DNA from: Phoronis australis
Taxonomy: Eukaryota > Animalia > Phoronida
Length of the DNA: 64,000 bases
Reading direction: 5' to 3'
Assembly (NCBI GenBank): GCA_002633005.1
Contig: NMRA01000018.1
Location: 304,291 to 368,290 of the forward strand
The notes below the pieces were generated by a model. It was given only the letters and a program-made list of their open reading frames with translations. It ran no database searches and was not told the DNA's origin. The translations under genes were made by a program, and so were the position numbers. Positions within the stretch are counted from its first letter, which is position 1. Every line of letters starts with the position of its first letter. Positions 29,401 to 41,400 of this stretch are shown here, one piece after another.

Positions 29401-32400
29401 TTGAAGTTGTGCTCTGTTGAGTCAGAGAAAGGTCCAGGCTCAGTTAGAACAGATAGAAAACAGTTGTGTGTCTGCAACATTGCTTGAAATGATAATTATT
29501 ATATTCCATGCACTTATCATTACGATCATACTCCATCTGAATCAGACATAAATTGGAGATTTACAGAGCTTACTGAACTTTTGTGCTTGGTGCTAAAAAT
29601 AACCCTTAGCAACGGAAGGAAATATCTCTTTAGAACCAGGTAAATTCCTTTAGATCCTCGAAATAGACCTTGTTACAGATTTATGTGGATTTGAAATTTT
29701 TTACAAAATCCTTATGACTTTGCCTTATTATTATGCGACTGCATAGGCCGTTACATATATGGACAGCTCAAGCCATTCTGCAATCATCCCCTATATAATT
29801 CAATAAATTACACACAATAACATCAAAGTCAAAATGGGTCAAATTCGAATGTTGCAAAAGAAATAATGGATTCATGTTTTATATCCAGAATCTAATTTTG
29901 CACTTCAAGTTATGTCATCAACACTAATTTTGGCTCAAAATGATGTCTACAGGGGGTTAGCGGGAATAATTAGATACCCAACAGATACATCACCGATTTG
30001 CCAAATATAATGTGGCTGCAACTCCGCTATTGTGACAACTTGTCATCACCCCCATATAGCTAAAAAGGAGACGGGCAAGCACTGGAAGGTATAGTATTAA
30101 GCACACAGGCAGAAAAAGATGTAAAGGGTCTGAGATTCAAAAGGCAGTCCTGCACGACTGTCTCAAGTGATCCCAGTTAATGTTGGATCACAAAGCGAAA
30201 ACAGTAGAATTTCACCATAATTTCGCAAAACCAATTGTGAGAATTGCATGGTTTCTCAAGGGCCGCTAACATAGCCGTGAATACTCACAATTTCTAAAAA
30301 AATTATCAGGTAGTTGGCATGGTATAGAGATTCAATATTGATAAAGCACAATGGTTATCAACATAGTTCTGTAGGTGGAGTTGGAATAATTGATTAACCA
30401 GCATGTATCCATGACTTCAAAATTTCACCCTGAGAGCAAATGCCCTGATGGGAGGGAGGTGTAGCTTAGAATAATCAAGGCAATTCTTATTTGTTACACT
30501 AATAGTTCAACTACAAAACCATCATGTACATTATTACTCCTAATCATAACATCAATTGCTAACCTTCCACAATTACATAACCTGAAATGACTTGACAACA
30601 ACATGACATCCAGCTGGTACCAGTTCATTGGTCCCAGCACATAGTAATCCCTCAAGAAACAGGTGTGAATAGAGGAGGAGCAAAGCACAGCCTCCATGGG
30701 TCATTGGTCAAGATCAGATGTTATGTTATGTGACACTGAATGAATCCAGGTAAGAAGACATTGAATCTGTCAGCAGTGTAACAGAACATAAGCTGTTGAG
30801 AAAGAAATCAGACCACTCACGGATTGGAAACTGCTACATCTTTAGACCAGTTGGTTTGTATTTTTACAGCAGTTTTAGGAGGTGTTTTCAGTTGTTTAGG
30901 TTGGTATTTCCACGGTAGGTTAGGTATGCATTAACAGTAGTTTTGGTTGGTGTTTTCAGTTGTTCAGGTTGGAATTTCCACGGTTGCTCAGGTATGCATT
31001 CACAGTAGTTTGGTTGGTATTTTCTCTGTAATTTTAGTTGGTCGCAGTTTTGGTTGGTACTTTCTCAGTTTTGATACTAATTTACGGTACTTTTCGTTGG
31101 TATTTTTACAGATTTGGTTGGTAGTTTCATAGTGGTTTTGACTCATGGTATTTTTACACTTATCTTGGAACAGATTTTCAATTCTTTGTGAATTTCCACA
31201 ACAGCTTTGAATAGAATTTTCACAGCAGGTTTCGGTAAGCACTGGAGTAAATTAATTCCAACAATTGTACCACGGCTCCTATAGCTCATGAATAATATCA
31301 AGTTATAGGCCAAATTAGATGCAAGAAGGGAAAACGAAACCGATGCAGTTGACAGATCATGTGTCATGCACCGTCATGTGGAGTGAGCATTCTATTACAC
31401 TGTTCAGTAAAAGTGGCGTAAACGTGTCCCTCTTCAAAATGGCTACCGGGAACCAATTTCACCGAATAACAGACATTGCCGTTATTCAGTGAAAACTGGT
31501 TCTCGTTAGCCATTTTGAAGACGGACCCATTTACGCCACTTTTACCCAGTATTCTGTTCTATTCTGCCATACTAATGTACCTGATCATGATATCTGCCTA
31601 ATATCGAAATGTCATTTTCATGCTGCACTCTAGCATCGCTTTTGTTTTCAACTGATTGCTTACGTAGCTTGCTGATAGAACTGTAACTGTACCTAGTATT
31701 TAACTATGCTAGAGACGCTTAGTACTTTAAAGCAGTTATGGTGTTCTACTGAATAACAAACTCTTGGGACAGAAAATTATATCTAGACTGTTGACTTAAC
31801 CGAAACTCAAGGACTACACAAAAATGTTTAGTACGCCTACAAACCACTAACATAAGTGTGCAAAACAAGGCCAGAAATTGATAACATAATATTGCAGTGC
31901 GTTATTTTCAAGGCATAACAACAGCACTGTAGTCAAGGACTGGGGTTGGAAAATTCATAATTCAAAAGATGAATTCCTATCAATAAATCAAGTTTAATTT
32001 GGTTGAAGGTAAAAAGAAAAAGTTTTAAAAAGTTATCAGCATGGACCATAAGAGTGGATATTTTTTTACTGAAATCGATTTCCAGGCTGCCACGAGAGAT
32101 AAAAGGATGGTATAAGAGACAGCGTAACACTTTAATTCGGATGCATAAGGCGCATAATGACAATAATGATACCAAAACCTGAACTAATTCACACCATTAC
32201 ATAAAGATGATGAGACTTGCTATGGTTACAAGAATTGATTTCAGCAGCACACTCAATGCTTATTAGGGTGTAAACAGCATATCTTCTCATCAGTGTGCAA
32301 AATTGCTGTTTGATGGACGCTATGAAGTGAAGACCGAGGCAATTTTTTAATGACTAAAAGAAATCAACTACAAATGCATACATTTTCTAAATGCCCAATA

Positions 32401-35400
32401 ATAGTTAAAAAGAATTAGCCAAAACATCAATAATGCCACCAGACATCTTTAACTGTGCTTAGTATGGGTGTCTAATCCTTTATGTGCCAGATTTGTTGCC
32501 AGGTGTAATGCATGTGGGGTGGATGCTTGCCTGACCAGAGGAAGTTGCTCTACGACAAGTTGCTTTAGTATAACTCGTAGCATGAACATGACTATTGCTA
32601 TTTTAGGGCGTCGAGGGCGAAACTCTTGTTAGAACCACTGACAAGCAAATATGACACAGCTTAGCTTTCAATGTACTTTGTTTTGTTTTATGCATTTTGG
32701 TAGTGAACTTTAAGGATTTTCTTCACGCACTCTAGGGCCTTGCTCAACAACTCTGGCAAAAACGAGAAGTTAACTTGAGCTTTCCTCGTTGCTAGCGGTT
32801 CGGTTAAGAATGCTACACTGAGAGCTAAACAGGGCGAAATGATGCCTTTTAACACCACCTTTGAAAGAACTTGTTTTGGCTCACATTTTGGGGTCACACC
32901 CATGTGTATGTGTGAAAATGTTTAGTTAAAAACAGAAAATATTTTTTTTCTGAAAATTGAAGAAATTGCGGTTCATATCAAACTTATGTCAACATACAAA
33001 GTACAAAATGGGCGGAAACTTTTGAAGCAAACTCTTTTGCAATGGATGGTTTGTGATGTAGACCGTATTCATATAGAGTGCAGACCTTTGCCAAGGTATT
33101 GTAGTATTTCCCATAATGCACTGACATGTGATTACATAACATACATGTTAAGCTGGCACTATGAACAAGCTTGTTCAGTCATGCATATTGCAAGACTGTG
33201 ACAGAGTGCATTGTATTTCCAACTAATAAGGATACATGCAGGTCTAACAGTATCTCAGTGCTAGATATATATTACGATAGTTCAAGACAACCATGCAATA
33301 ACTGCTAAACACTCTATGTTCCAGTTTGCAATCGTGATCTTTATAGTACTGATTGAAGTTTTAAACCAACTTTGAGTCGACCATTCATTCTTGTACTAAT
33401 TTTTTTACACAAGCATGAAAGTTGAAAAAGATTCATTTCAGATTTTACTTGACCGAGGCACTACATGTTATGCAACCATAGCATCATAATAGCATACTGA
33501 GGGCTAAACACGCACTGAGGGCTGAACACATACCCTTCCCACATGTAATTTTTGCGAGTTTTTAACAATAACGCGAGATTATGTGAGACTTAAGTGTGAC
33601 GTCACCGGAAGTGGGGCAAAGCTTGTCGTTTGACCATTTGCCCGATACGGTAGCATAGTGTATTCTGTTGTTTACTTCGAGTTTTTAATCTTTTAGTGTG
33701 AAAAATGCCAAACAAGCATTGCTGTTATGGCAAATGAAATTCAGATTCCCACAATAATACTAATTTCATCCCGTGTATTTTAACGGGCGGAAGGCGAAAT
33801 CCGCTCACTTCATCAAAAATACAATTTCTACACCTAAAATTATCACCTAAAAAGGCGCTTACTTTCTTCAGTGATCCTTTTTGCTTCTAAACATACCTTC
33901 AATGAAGCATAGCTACGGGAAATCAGGTGACTTTGGTGAACAATTCCAGCTCCACTTTTTGGTTACTGTTAACTTTGACCATGCGCGCGATAACCACAAA
34001 GTATTTCAACTGAGTCAGGTGAGTATGAGGCAAAGGCTAGCGCGAGACTGAGCGAAGCGCGTAAACTGGCGCGTCACACTTGCACAATAGCATGAAGAAA
34101 ATATCAAGTGAAATTTGTAAGATTTGTGTCCCTTGGACTTTTTGTTCATCAACAGGCGTGATTTGACATACTTTCCTCAAAATGGCGCAAGGTTTTCATG
34201 GATATGTTCAAATTATTTGTAGACTAAATTGCATCCAGTCAGGGTATGTGCTAATTATAACTCCATGTGCACATATGCATGTTTCAATTGATTTTATTTG
34301 CTGTATTTTGAAATGAGTAACTTTTAGTGGGGATATACTATCGCCCTTGTATGCCTGCGGCATTCAGGCCTAGACTGGGTCGAGTTCCAATTTCAGTCCG
34401 TTCACAGCTTCGCACAACATAACAAGTTCACATTTTCTTCGTCCATTCACAGTTATTCCATGATCCATCTACCATCCCTTAATTCGTGTTAACGTTTTAA
34501 GCATAAAATTCACCACAAAAACTCCAGTAAGATTTCGTGTGTGTGTAGCAAAGACTAGGGGCAAAACAAGAACAATATGGCGGGTTTTGCCCTCTTTCCG
34601 GTGACGTCACATTGACTAGTTGGAAACTCGCAAGTGAGCTACTAAACCGTAAGTTTCTGATTTGTTGCATTGGAGTTGGTTGTTCTCTGAAACCTGCAAA
34701 CTAATTTACAGGCAGATAGTCTGAACACATAACCATTTCCCCTATACAATCTGAAATTAGCTGAGTTGGCACTGACCAAAAGTTAAAGCTTTTAAATATT
34801 TGAACGAAGTCTGCTAAGATTCATCGTTTCAGTTTTAATTTTTAATAAAAACAGCAAAGTTGATACAGCGGTTACCTTTAACACAAAATGCTTCTTTATT
34901 TATTTATTAATGTAATATTTACAATGCTATTACTGCTTTAAACTATTTCTGCGGAAACTTATTCCTGCTTGCCCTGGTCATTAAATTTCGGTAATGCTAC
35001 AATTTTGTGACCGCTTATTTACAAACTTGCATTTCTCTTAGCAGGAATCCAGTCCCATTGTATGCAATAGTTCTCACATACAAAACTTCTTAGGTTCATC
35101 AAGCCTATCAACAGTTTTTGAAATTTAAAGTACACAAATTCCAGGGGTCTGAAGTGTTTTGGGAAGGAGATCTCTTACTCTGAATTGGTATACACTCTCA
35201 CTACTGACTGAAATTTAAGGTTCTGCCAGATTTCCCAACACATACGTAACGGTGGAATCCCCTATCTCGAGATCACATTCTCAATTCTCCTATAGGCAAC
35301 TGAGCATGAGACTTAACGAGCAGTGCATACATTATCCAATAAAGAAGGATATGACTGATTTTTGCAATGAACTCGCTTTCAATGTGAACAGTATAATTTG

Positions 35401-38400
35401 GGCTATGAAAGTGACAACTACCAAATTAACCGCAATGAACTTGAATGAGTATAGTTAAGGCAGTGATGTGTGAAGTAGCTCCATCTTCGCTTGGTCCAGC
35501 AGTGATGTCATTTGCAGAATCGAGGCTTGGTAAGCCCGGAGAGTGCAGCTGTAAATGTGGCAAGTTGAGCGAATAGTCAACTTGAGTGAAACTAAAGATC
35601 AATTATTTGATAAACTTCTATTGTCTTAATTGACCTTTGTAAATTAATGTTTGGAGCAATCAGAAATAATTGCCGACCACAATACTGAAGCCCCTAATCA
35701 CTCATGCCATATTCATTATGATGTCAAGTGTACCAGGCTGGCCTTTCCAGCTTACCACAATACTGAAGCCCCTGATCACTCCTGTGATATTCATTATGAT
35801 GTCAACTGTACCAGGCTGGCCTTGCCAGCTTACCAAAAGCATTTGAGCATGAATACCAAACAACAGGTGAATGGCTGGACTTACCTTACAGTTAGGCATT
35901 AGTACCCCAAGACAGGTAATGAAATGTTTATTTTGTTGGCATTGACCCCAGGACAAATCCTAGAGTTCATGGCACTGCATACATGCACCATTTTTCAAAT
36001 TCACAATTTCAGGGTTAGCTAACATCAATAAATTCTGAAACATTTTCTTGAGTTGCTTATGGTATTTATGTTCTTGATGGTACTGGAAATAGAATCCTAT
36101 AATGGTAAGGAATATCATAAGACTGAAATAGAATCCTATAATGGTAAGGAATATTACGAGACTGAGATAGAATCCTATAATGGTAAGGAATATTATGAGA
36201 CTGATTTCATGACAGTATAAGGCCTAGTTTGATTTCCGTTTTTCAGCCAGCTAAATATGGCAAAATGCAAGTTAAAGAAATAGCAGTCCATTACAGTTGT
36301 GAGTATGGTACTTTATCTACATGACATGTAGTCACCGATGCCACAGTTCTATTTACAATATCCTGCCTAATTTACTATTAATTACCCATCAGAAGTCAGT
36401 CAAAAAATAAATTAGAAACCACAGCATAAGAGCCAAGTAGTGCGAATGGTGCATGGCAGAACAAATGAAGGCTGTTAAGATAATGGTTGGTTAGTTGGTC
36501 TTCCATGAAATTAGCTGGACTAAGCTAAATCACAGCTCTATAATAACTATGTATATTGTGGCTGTCCATGCAATCTAACAGTCAAATCTCAGGCAATCGA
36601 GAAGCTACAAGTTGAGGCAGATGTGACCAAGAAAATGTTAGACAAAGTTGTGTAAACCACTGTAAATCGTAAGGTATCTATGTTCTTACAAAAACCAGTG
36701 TTGGATTTTTGAATGACCGTCTTCAAGGTAAGTAGTCTTGTAAAGTGGGAGGGGGGGGCAAGAGTGACACTAACGCTCTTCTCATCTTTTTATAAGTATA
36801 CGGCGCACAAAACGAATGCTTTTCCATTCAAAAGCTTTGTACTGCAGCAGGATTTGGAATTTTCCTCCTTTAAAAGGATTTCCTCTTTTTTGGTTTCAAT
36901 TTCCTCTTCTTTGATTTCCAGATTCCTGTTTTTCGTTTCTCTTTATCACGTTTATTTCAGATAATTTTTGCAATACAAAAATATTTCTAACACACAAGCC
37001 TATTTATTTGTGGAATGATACATCACCTCTTTTCTGCCATTGGTCATTCCAAGCCCTGCTGCAGCTACCAACATCAGCAAGATATTTGAAAACAAGAACA
37101 TTCCCAACAATATGAAAAGCCTTTATAATGAATGCAAGGAGATTTTAAGCACCTTAATATCACTGGTCTCTATCCATAAAAGAAACATAGGCTACACTAT
37201 AATCTACTGCCACACCCATCTCATTTTCTGGTGAACTTTTCATAACAGGAACATGAATATTAACTCTATTAGCTTGACCACCTAACATGGCGCACCAAGT
37301 CAAATCTTGGTCAAGACATTGTGATGTGAATTACAAATTTCTGTTCGAGGCCTTTCTTGTTGTCTTCCAATAGTTGAATAGCTAGCAATTGGTCCAGCCT
37401 GTTACCACTTAATATTTTCCCTGTATTGTTTACTGCCATAGGCCACCTGGCTTTTTGTTAATTGCCCTAAACATGCATAGGTGGATGGGTGGATGGGACC
37501 TTACCCACCCTGGCTAACCACGGATGAAAGGAGTTCCATTGGGGACTGAATGCGAGAAAGTAGTTTTGTTTTTATGACCAATTCTAATACAAACATATTA
37601 TTTTTTTAGACAATAAAGAATTACGAGCACCTCAAATATGGCTGTCAATTCCACACAGCCATGGACAATGGCCATCACAGACCTCAGTGTAAGGCTAGGG
37701 AACAACACAGACCTCAATGCATCTCAGATGGTGACTGAGCCGAACTTTATTAAACCGATGGTGCGGTTTGGTCGGGGAAGCACAGACTTTACACCGCCAC
37801 AGAAACTGGACACTATCAACTTAGTAATGACTGTATCTGGCGTTGTAGCATTTATTATTGTATGGGTCGTATGCGCATTGATATTCTGTAAACGAACGCG
37901 AAACGGCAACCTAACGTTAAGTGACCACCAGTGCAGGGAGAGCGAAAGTGTGGACGAAGACAACGTCCAATCGGAACAAATGGAAAATGAAAAGAAGTAC
38001 AGTCCTCCGCCATACGAAGTTGCTGTCAAGATGGCCAAGCCTACAAAGACCTCTGATAGACAGGATGTGGCAAAGGAATCCAAGACCTGCCAAAGTTCAG
38101 CGATCTCTCTATGCGTACCAAGCACTAGCTGCAATAACAATGTTGGCAATCCCAGCACAGAAGGTACTCAAAGTCAGAAAATAGTAAACGTTATTGTGAC
38201 TATAGAGCAATATAGCACAGTCGATAATATAGGTACTTCCAGGATCATAAGTGCCGAGATCAATCCTCAAACCAATGCGTTGGTTGGCATAGACAACCCA
38301 GGATTCGTAGACGATTTACCCAACTACGAGACCGCACTAGCGATTGTAGCGTTGACAGGTCACGTGAATGACAGGAAGCAAGTCACTCATTTGTGATACC

Positions 38401-41400
38401 GGGAGAGTTTCAGGTAGACAGTGTAGGTGTTCTGCGAGGGTATGTGGTTATAACGTTGTAATTTATTTTATAGAAACGATGACTGAATGGATGCAGATTG
38501 AATAGTCAAAATTGTTACGTACGCAAGACAAGTCTTAGTGCGAAGATGAAAAATCATTTAGCAGTCGAGAAGAAAATGCAAGTAAGAACATCCTGTTTCA
38601 TTTTCTTGTGAAATCATTAATTGCATGATTATTCACTTTGAGTTTGAGGAAGATCATGTTTGTATCATTAATTCTAGTATGTTATGGTCATAAAGTCTAA
38701 TTCATTTACTGAATTACCACCAATTAATATAATTTTCAATGACTAGAATCCTAGAATTAAGCACATAAATGCAAGTATAGTATGAAATGTATATTCTGAT
38801 AAAAGTCATCCGTGACTTCAATTTTAACTTAGTTTTTGAAATTTTAGAATTACAATTTTATATTACACCACCGTCATTTATAGGAATGTCAGTAATAACT
38901 ACAATCATGAATCTTTTTCTGGACAATTGTTGCTTTATTACATACACGTTGTCCTACCCAGTCAAAGGAGGCAGATGGTCCCCACAATGTCAGTAACAGA
39001 TCAACGCTTGTCCAGAACAACAAAAGATTTTTAATTTTTATTTATTATTACAAACTAAAACTTGGTGTCTTGAAAGTTTTTGCAAGCTTTGTAGCTCCTG
39101 CACCAACTCCTATTTCATCCTTGCCTCAGAATAAGGTAACGTCATTTTCTAATTTTCATAAATCATTGCCGTGTATCAATAGAAAAACGTAATGATAACA
39201 TAGGCAAGAAACATATTAGGATTATTTAGTTTCACTATTTAAAGTGTTGCAAGCCACAGCCTAGCAAGTGCCTTTCAAACCATGCTTGGTTCAACACCCA
39301 AGTATGTCTAACATTGGGTGAATACTTGGAGTTTGTCTTAATTGTTGTGGGGCCCTAAGCGAGATTTGACTGAGGGTACTCTTTCACAGCAGGTAAGGGT
39401 ATATGCTGTAGAATGAGCAACGCAAGATCAAGCAAAATCCGGTGATTGATAGTCTAGTCTAAAATGTTTTGCAAGTGAAATAACCACCACACAAGTGAGA
39501 GGTCAGGGAGGCTTAAATGTTGAGTTAAGGGAAAAAATTCACCGTTCCTTTCCACGAGCCAAATTTTTTTTCACAATTGCTCTCACAAGTGTCTAGAACT
39601 TGAAAATGCACCTCAACGCCCACCGTTTATTATTATGGGCCCCCAAAGTCCTCACGGGTGCTGAAGCAACCACTAATTTGGTGTGTGTGTGTGTGTAATA
39701 TACATATTATGTATATGTATAATTATGTATTATATGTATATTGTACAAAATATGTTAGACAGTGCACGATTTCTTAAAAACACACCCTACCATAGTTTAT
39801 GTTGAAAAATCTCTATTAACTGTTTATTCTGTGTTATTCTCCGCAGCAAAATTTGTTGTTTGCAACTTGTCAGTGACTGTTATGTTGTTTAAATAAACCA
39901 AACAAGTACACAATTGGAGTTACGGTATATTTTCCCAAGGAGCATCAGGCAAAAATAGATCAAAGTTCTTGGACATTACAGAAACATCGAAAGAACATTC
40001 CCCAACCACAACTTCTCACTCATCTTCAATAAGTGTCACAACACAGGTCAGTTAGATCCGATTGGTCAGAAACAAGTAGGCGTAGCGACAAGTCGTTGAC
40101 CGCCCAGAAAAAAAACAACTTGTCAGCTAATTTGTAGAAGACCAGCAGATGATCGTACAACCGACAGCAGCACCTACTTCAATGAAGCTCTTGAATATTC
40201 CTTTTTAAAAATGTTTTTTGTTCTTGCTTCACTTCCAGTGTTTTTTCATTTCCATCAGATTGACTATAATTATGGAGCGCGTTTAAAAATACACCACAGC
40301 ATGTAGTCAGGATTTTCTACTTGTACCCTATAAGGACCTAAGTGACAACCATTGTACGGACTGAGACAACCACTCGTGGCAGACAGTTGACTAGATGACC
40401 GGTCGCAACTTGTTGCTAACCAGTCGGGACAAATATTTCTTGATTTTTGCTGTAGGCATCCAGACTATAACATGCTCCAGACTACGTCACGTTGGAATAA
40501 GACCTGCATAACACCAGCAGTTTAACATATCCTACGCTAACCAATCTGAAAGTGTATCCGTAGATCATTAATTTTAAGAAAGTTACCCGTGAAAATGAAA
40601 ATGCAAAGAAAGTACCTTTCGGGAGTGTTTTACCCAGCTCTACATCCTGGTAATTTCCAGTGAAAACACACACTACATAACATTGACACGGTGACAGTGA
40701 GGTAAATTCCAACCCTCTCGCCCACATGTTCACGAATACGAAGTGATTAGCATGTAAATACAACAGAACTGATTTGAAACACAACAATTCATTCATCCCC
40801 AATGTTAAAAATAAATAATCTCCCGACTGCCATCAACAAATATTCATGACTTCACCCTCAAATACATGAAATGTAACGTTTATTTCAAAAATGAAAATTC
40901 ATGTGTATAAGTAAGACCATTGCAATCATTGCCACACACCCTGACAAAAAACACAAATGGGTGGCTTCATATTCACTAGGTGGCGCTAATTCATCAACAT
41001 GAAATCATTTGCGTACCATGTGACTACCTAAGCGAAATATTTCTATGACTACAGTGCTCGAAACCTAGCTTGGCGACTTAGGGAAAATCCCAGGTCGCTA
41101 AATGAAATCTGAGGTCACCAAAACTGACGTCGAAATCATTGACAAAAAAGGTTGTCCCAAACTCAGTTCTAAGAAACTTATGAAATACCTCTTCAATTTA
41201 TACCAGTAACAAATACGTACCATAATTTCTAACTCACCGATTTTGCCTGATTTTGACAGAACAATACCGATCTGTTTATTTCCTGTTGCAATAAGCACGT
41301 GATGTGTAGTGGAAATGCAGATTTCACGACATAAATGGAATAGTGAACCAAAGGTATTAAATCTAGAAAAAACGTTCGTAATTTCAAGTTTGGAATTAAA

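Noticed and set aside
37724-38184. 144-aa antisense and 87-aa alternate-frame ORFs
   Set aside because: Shadows of the 252-aa coding sequence.
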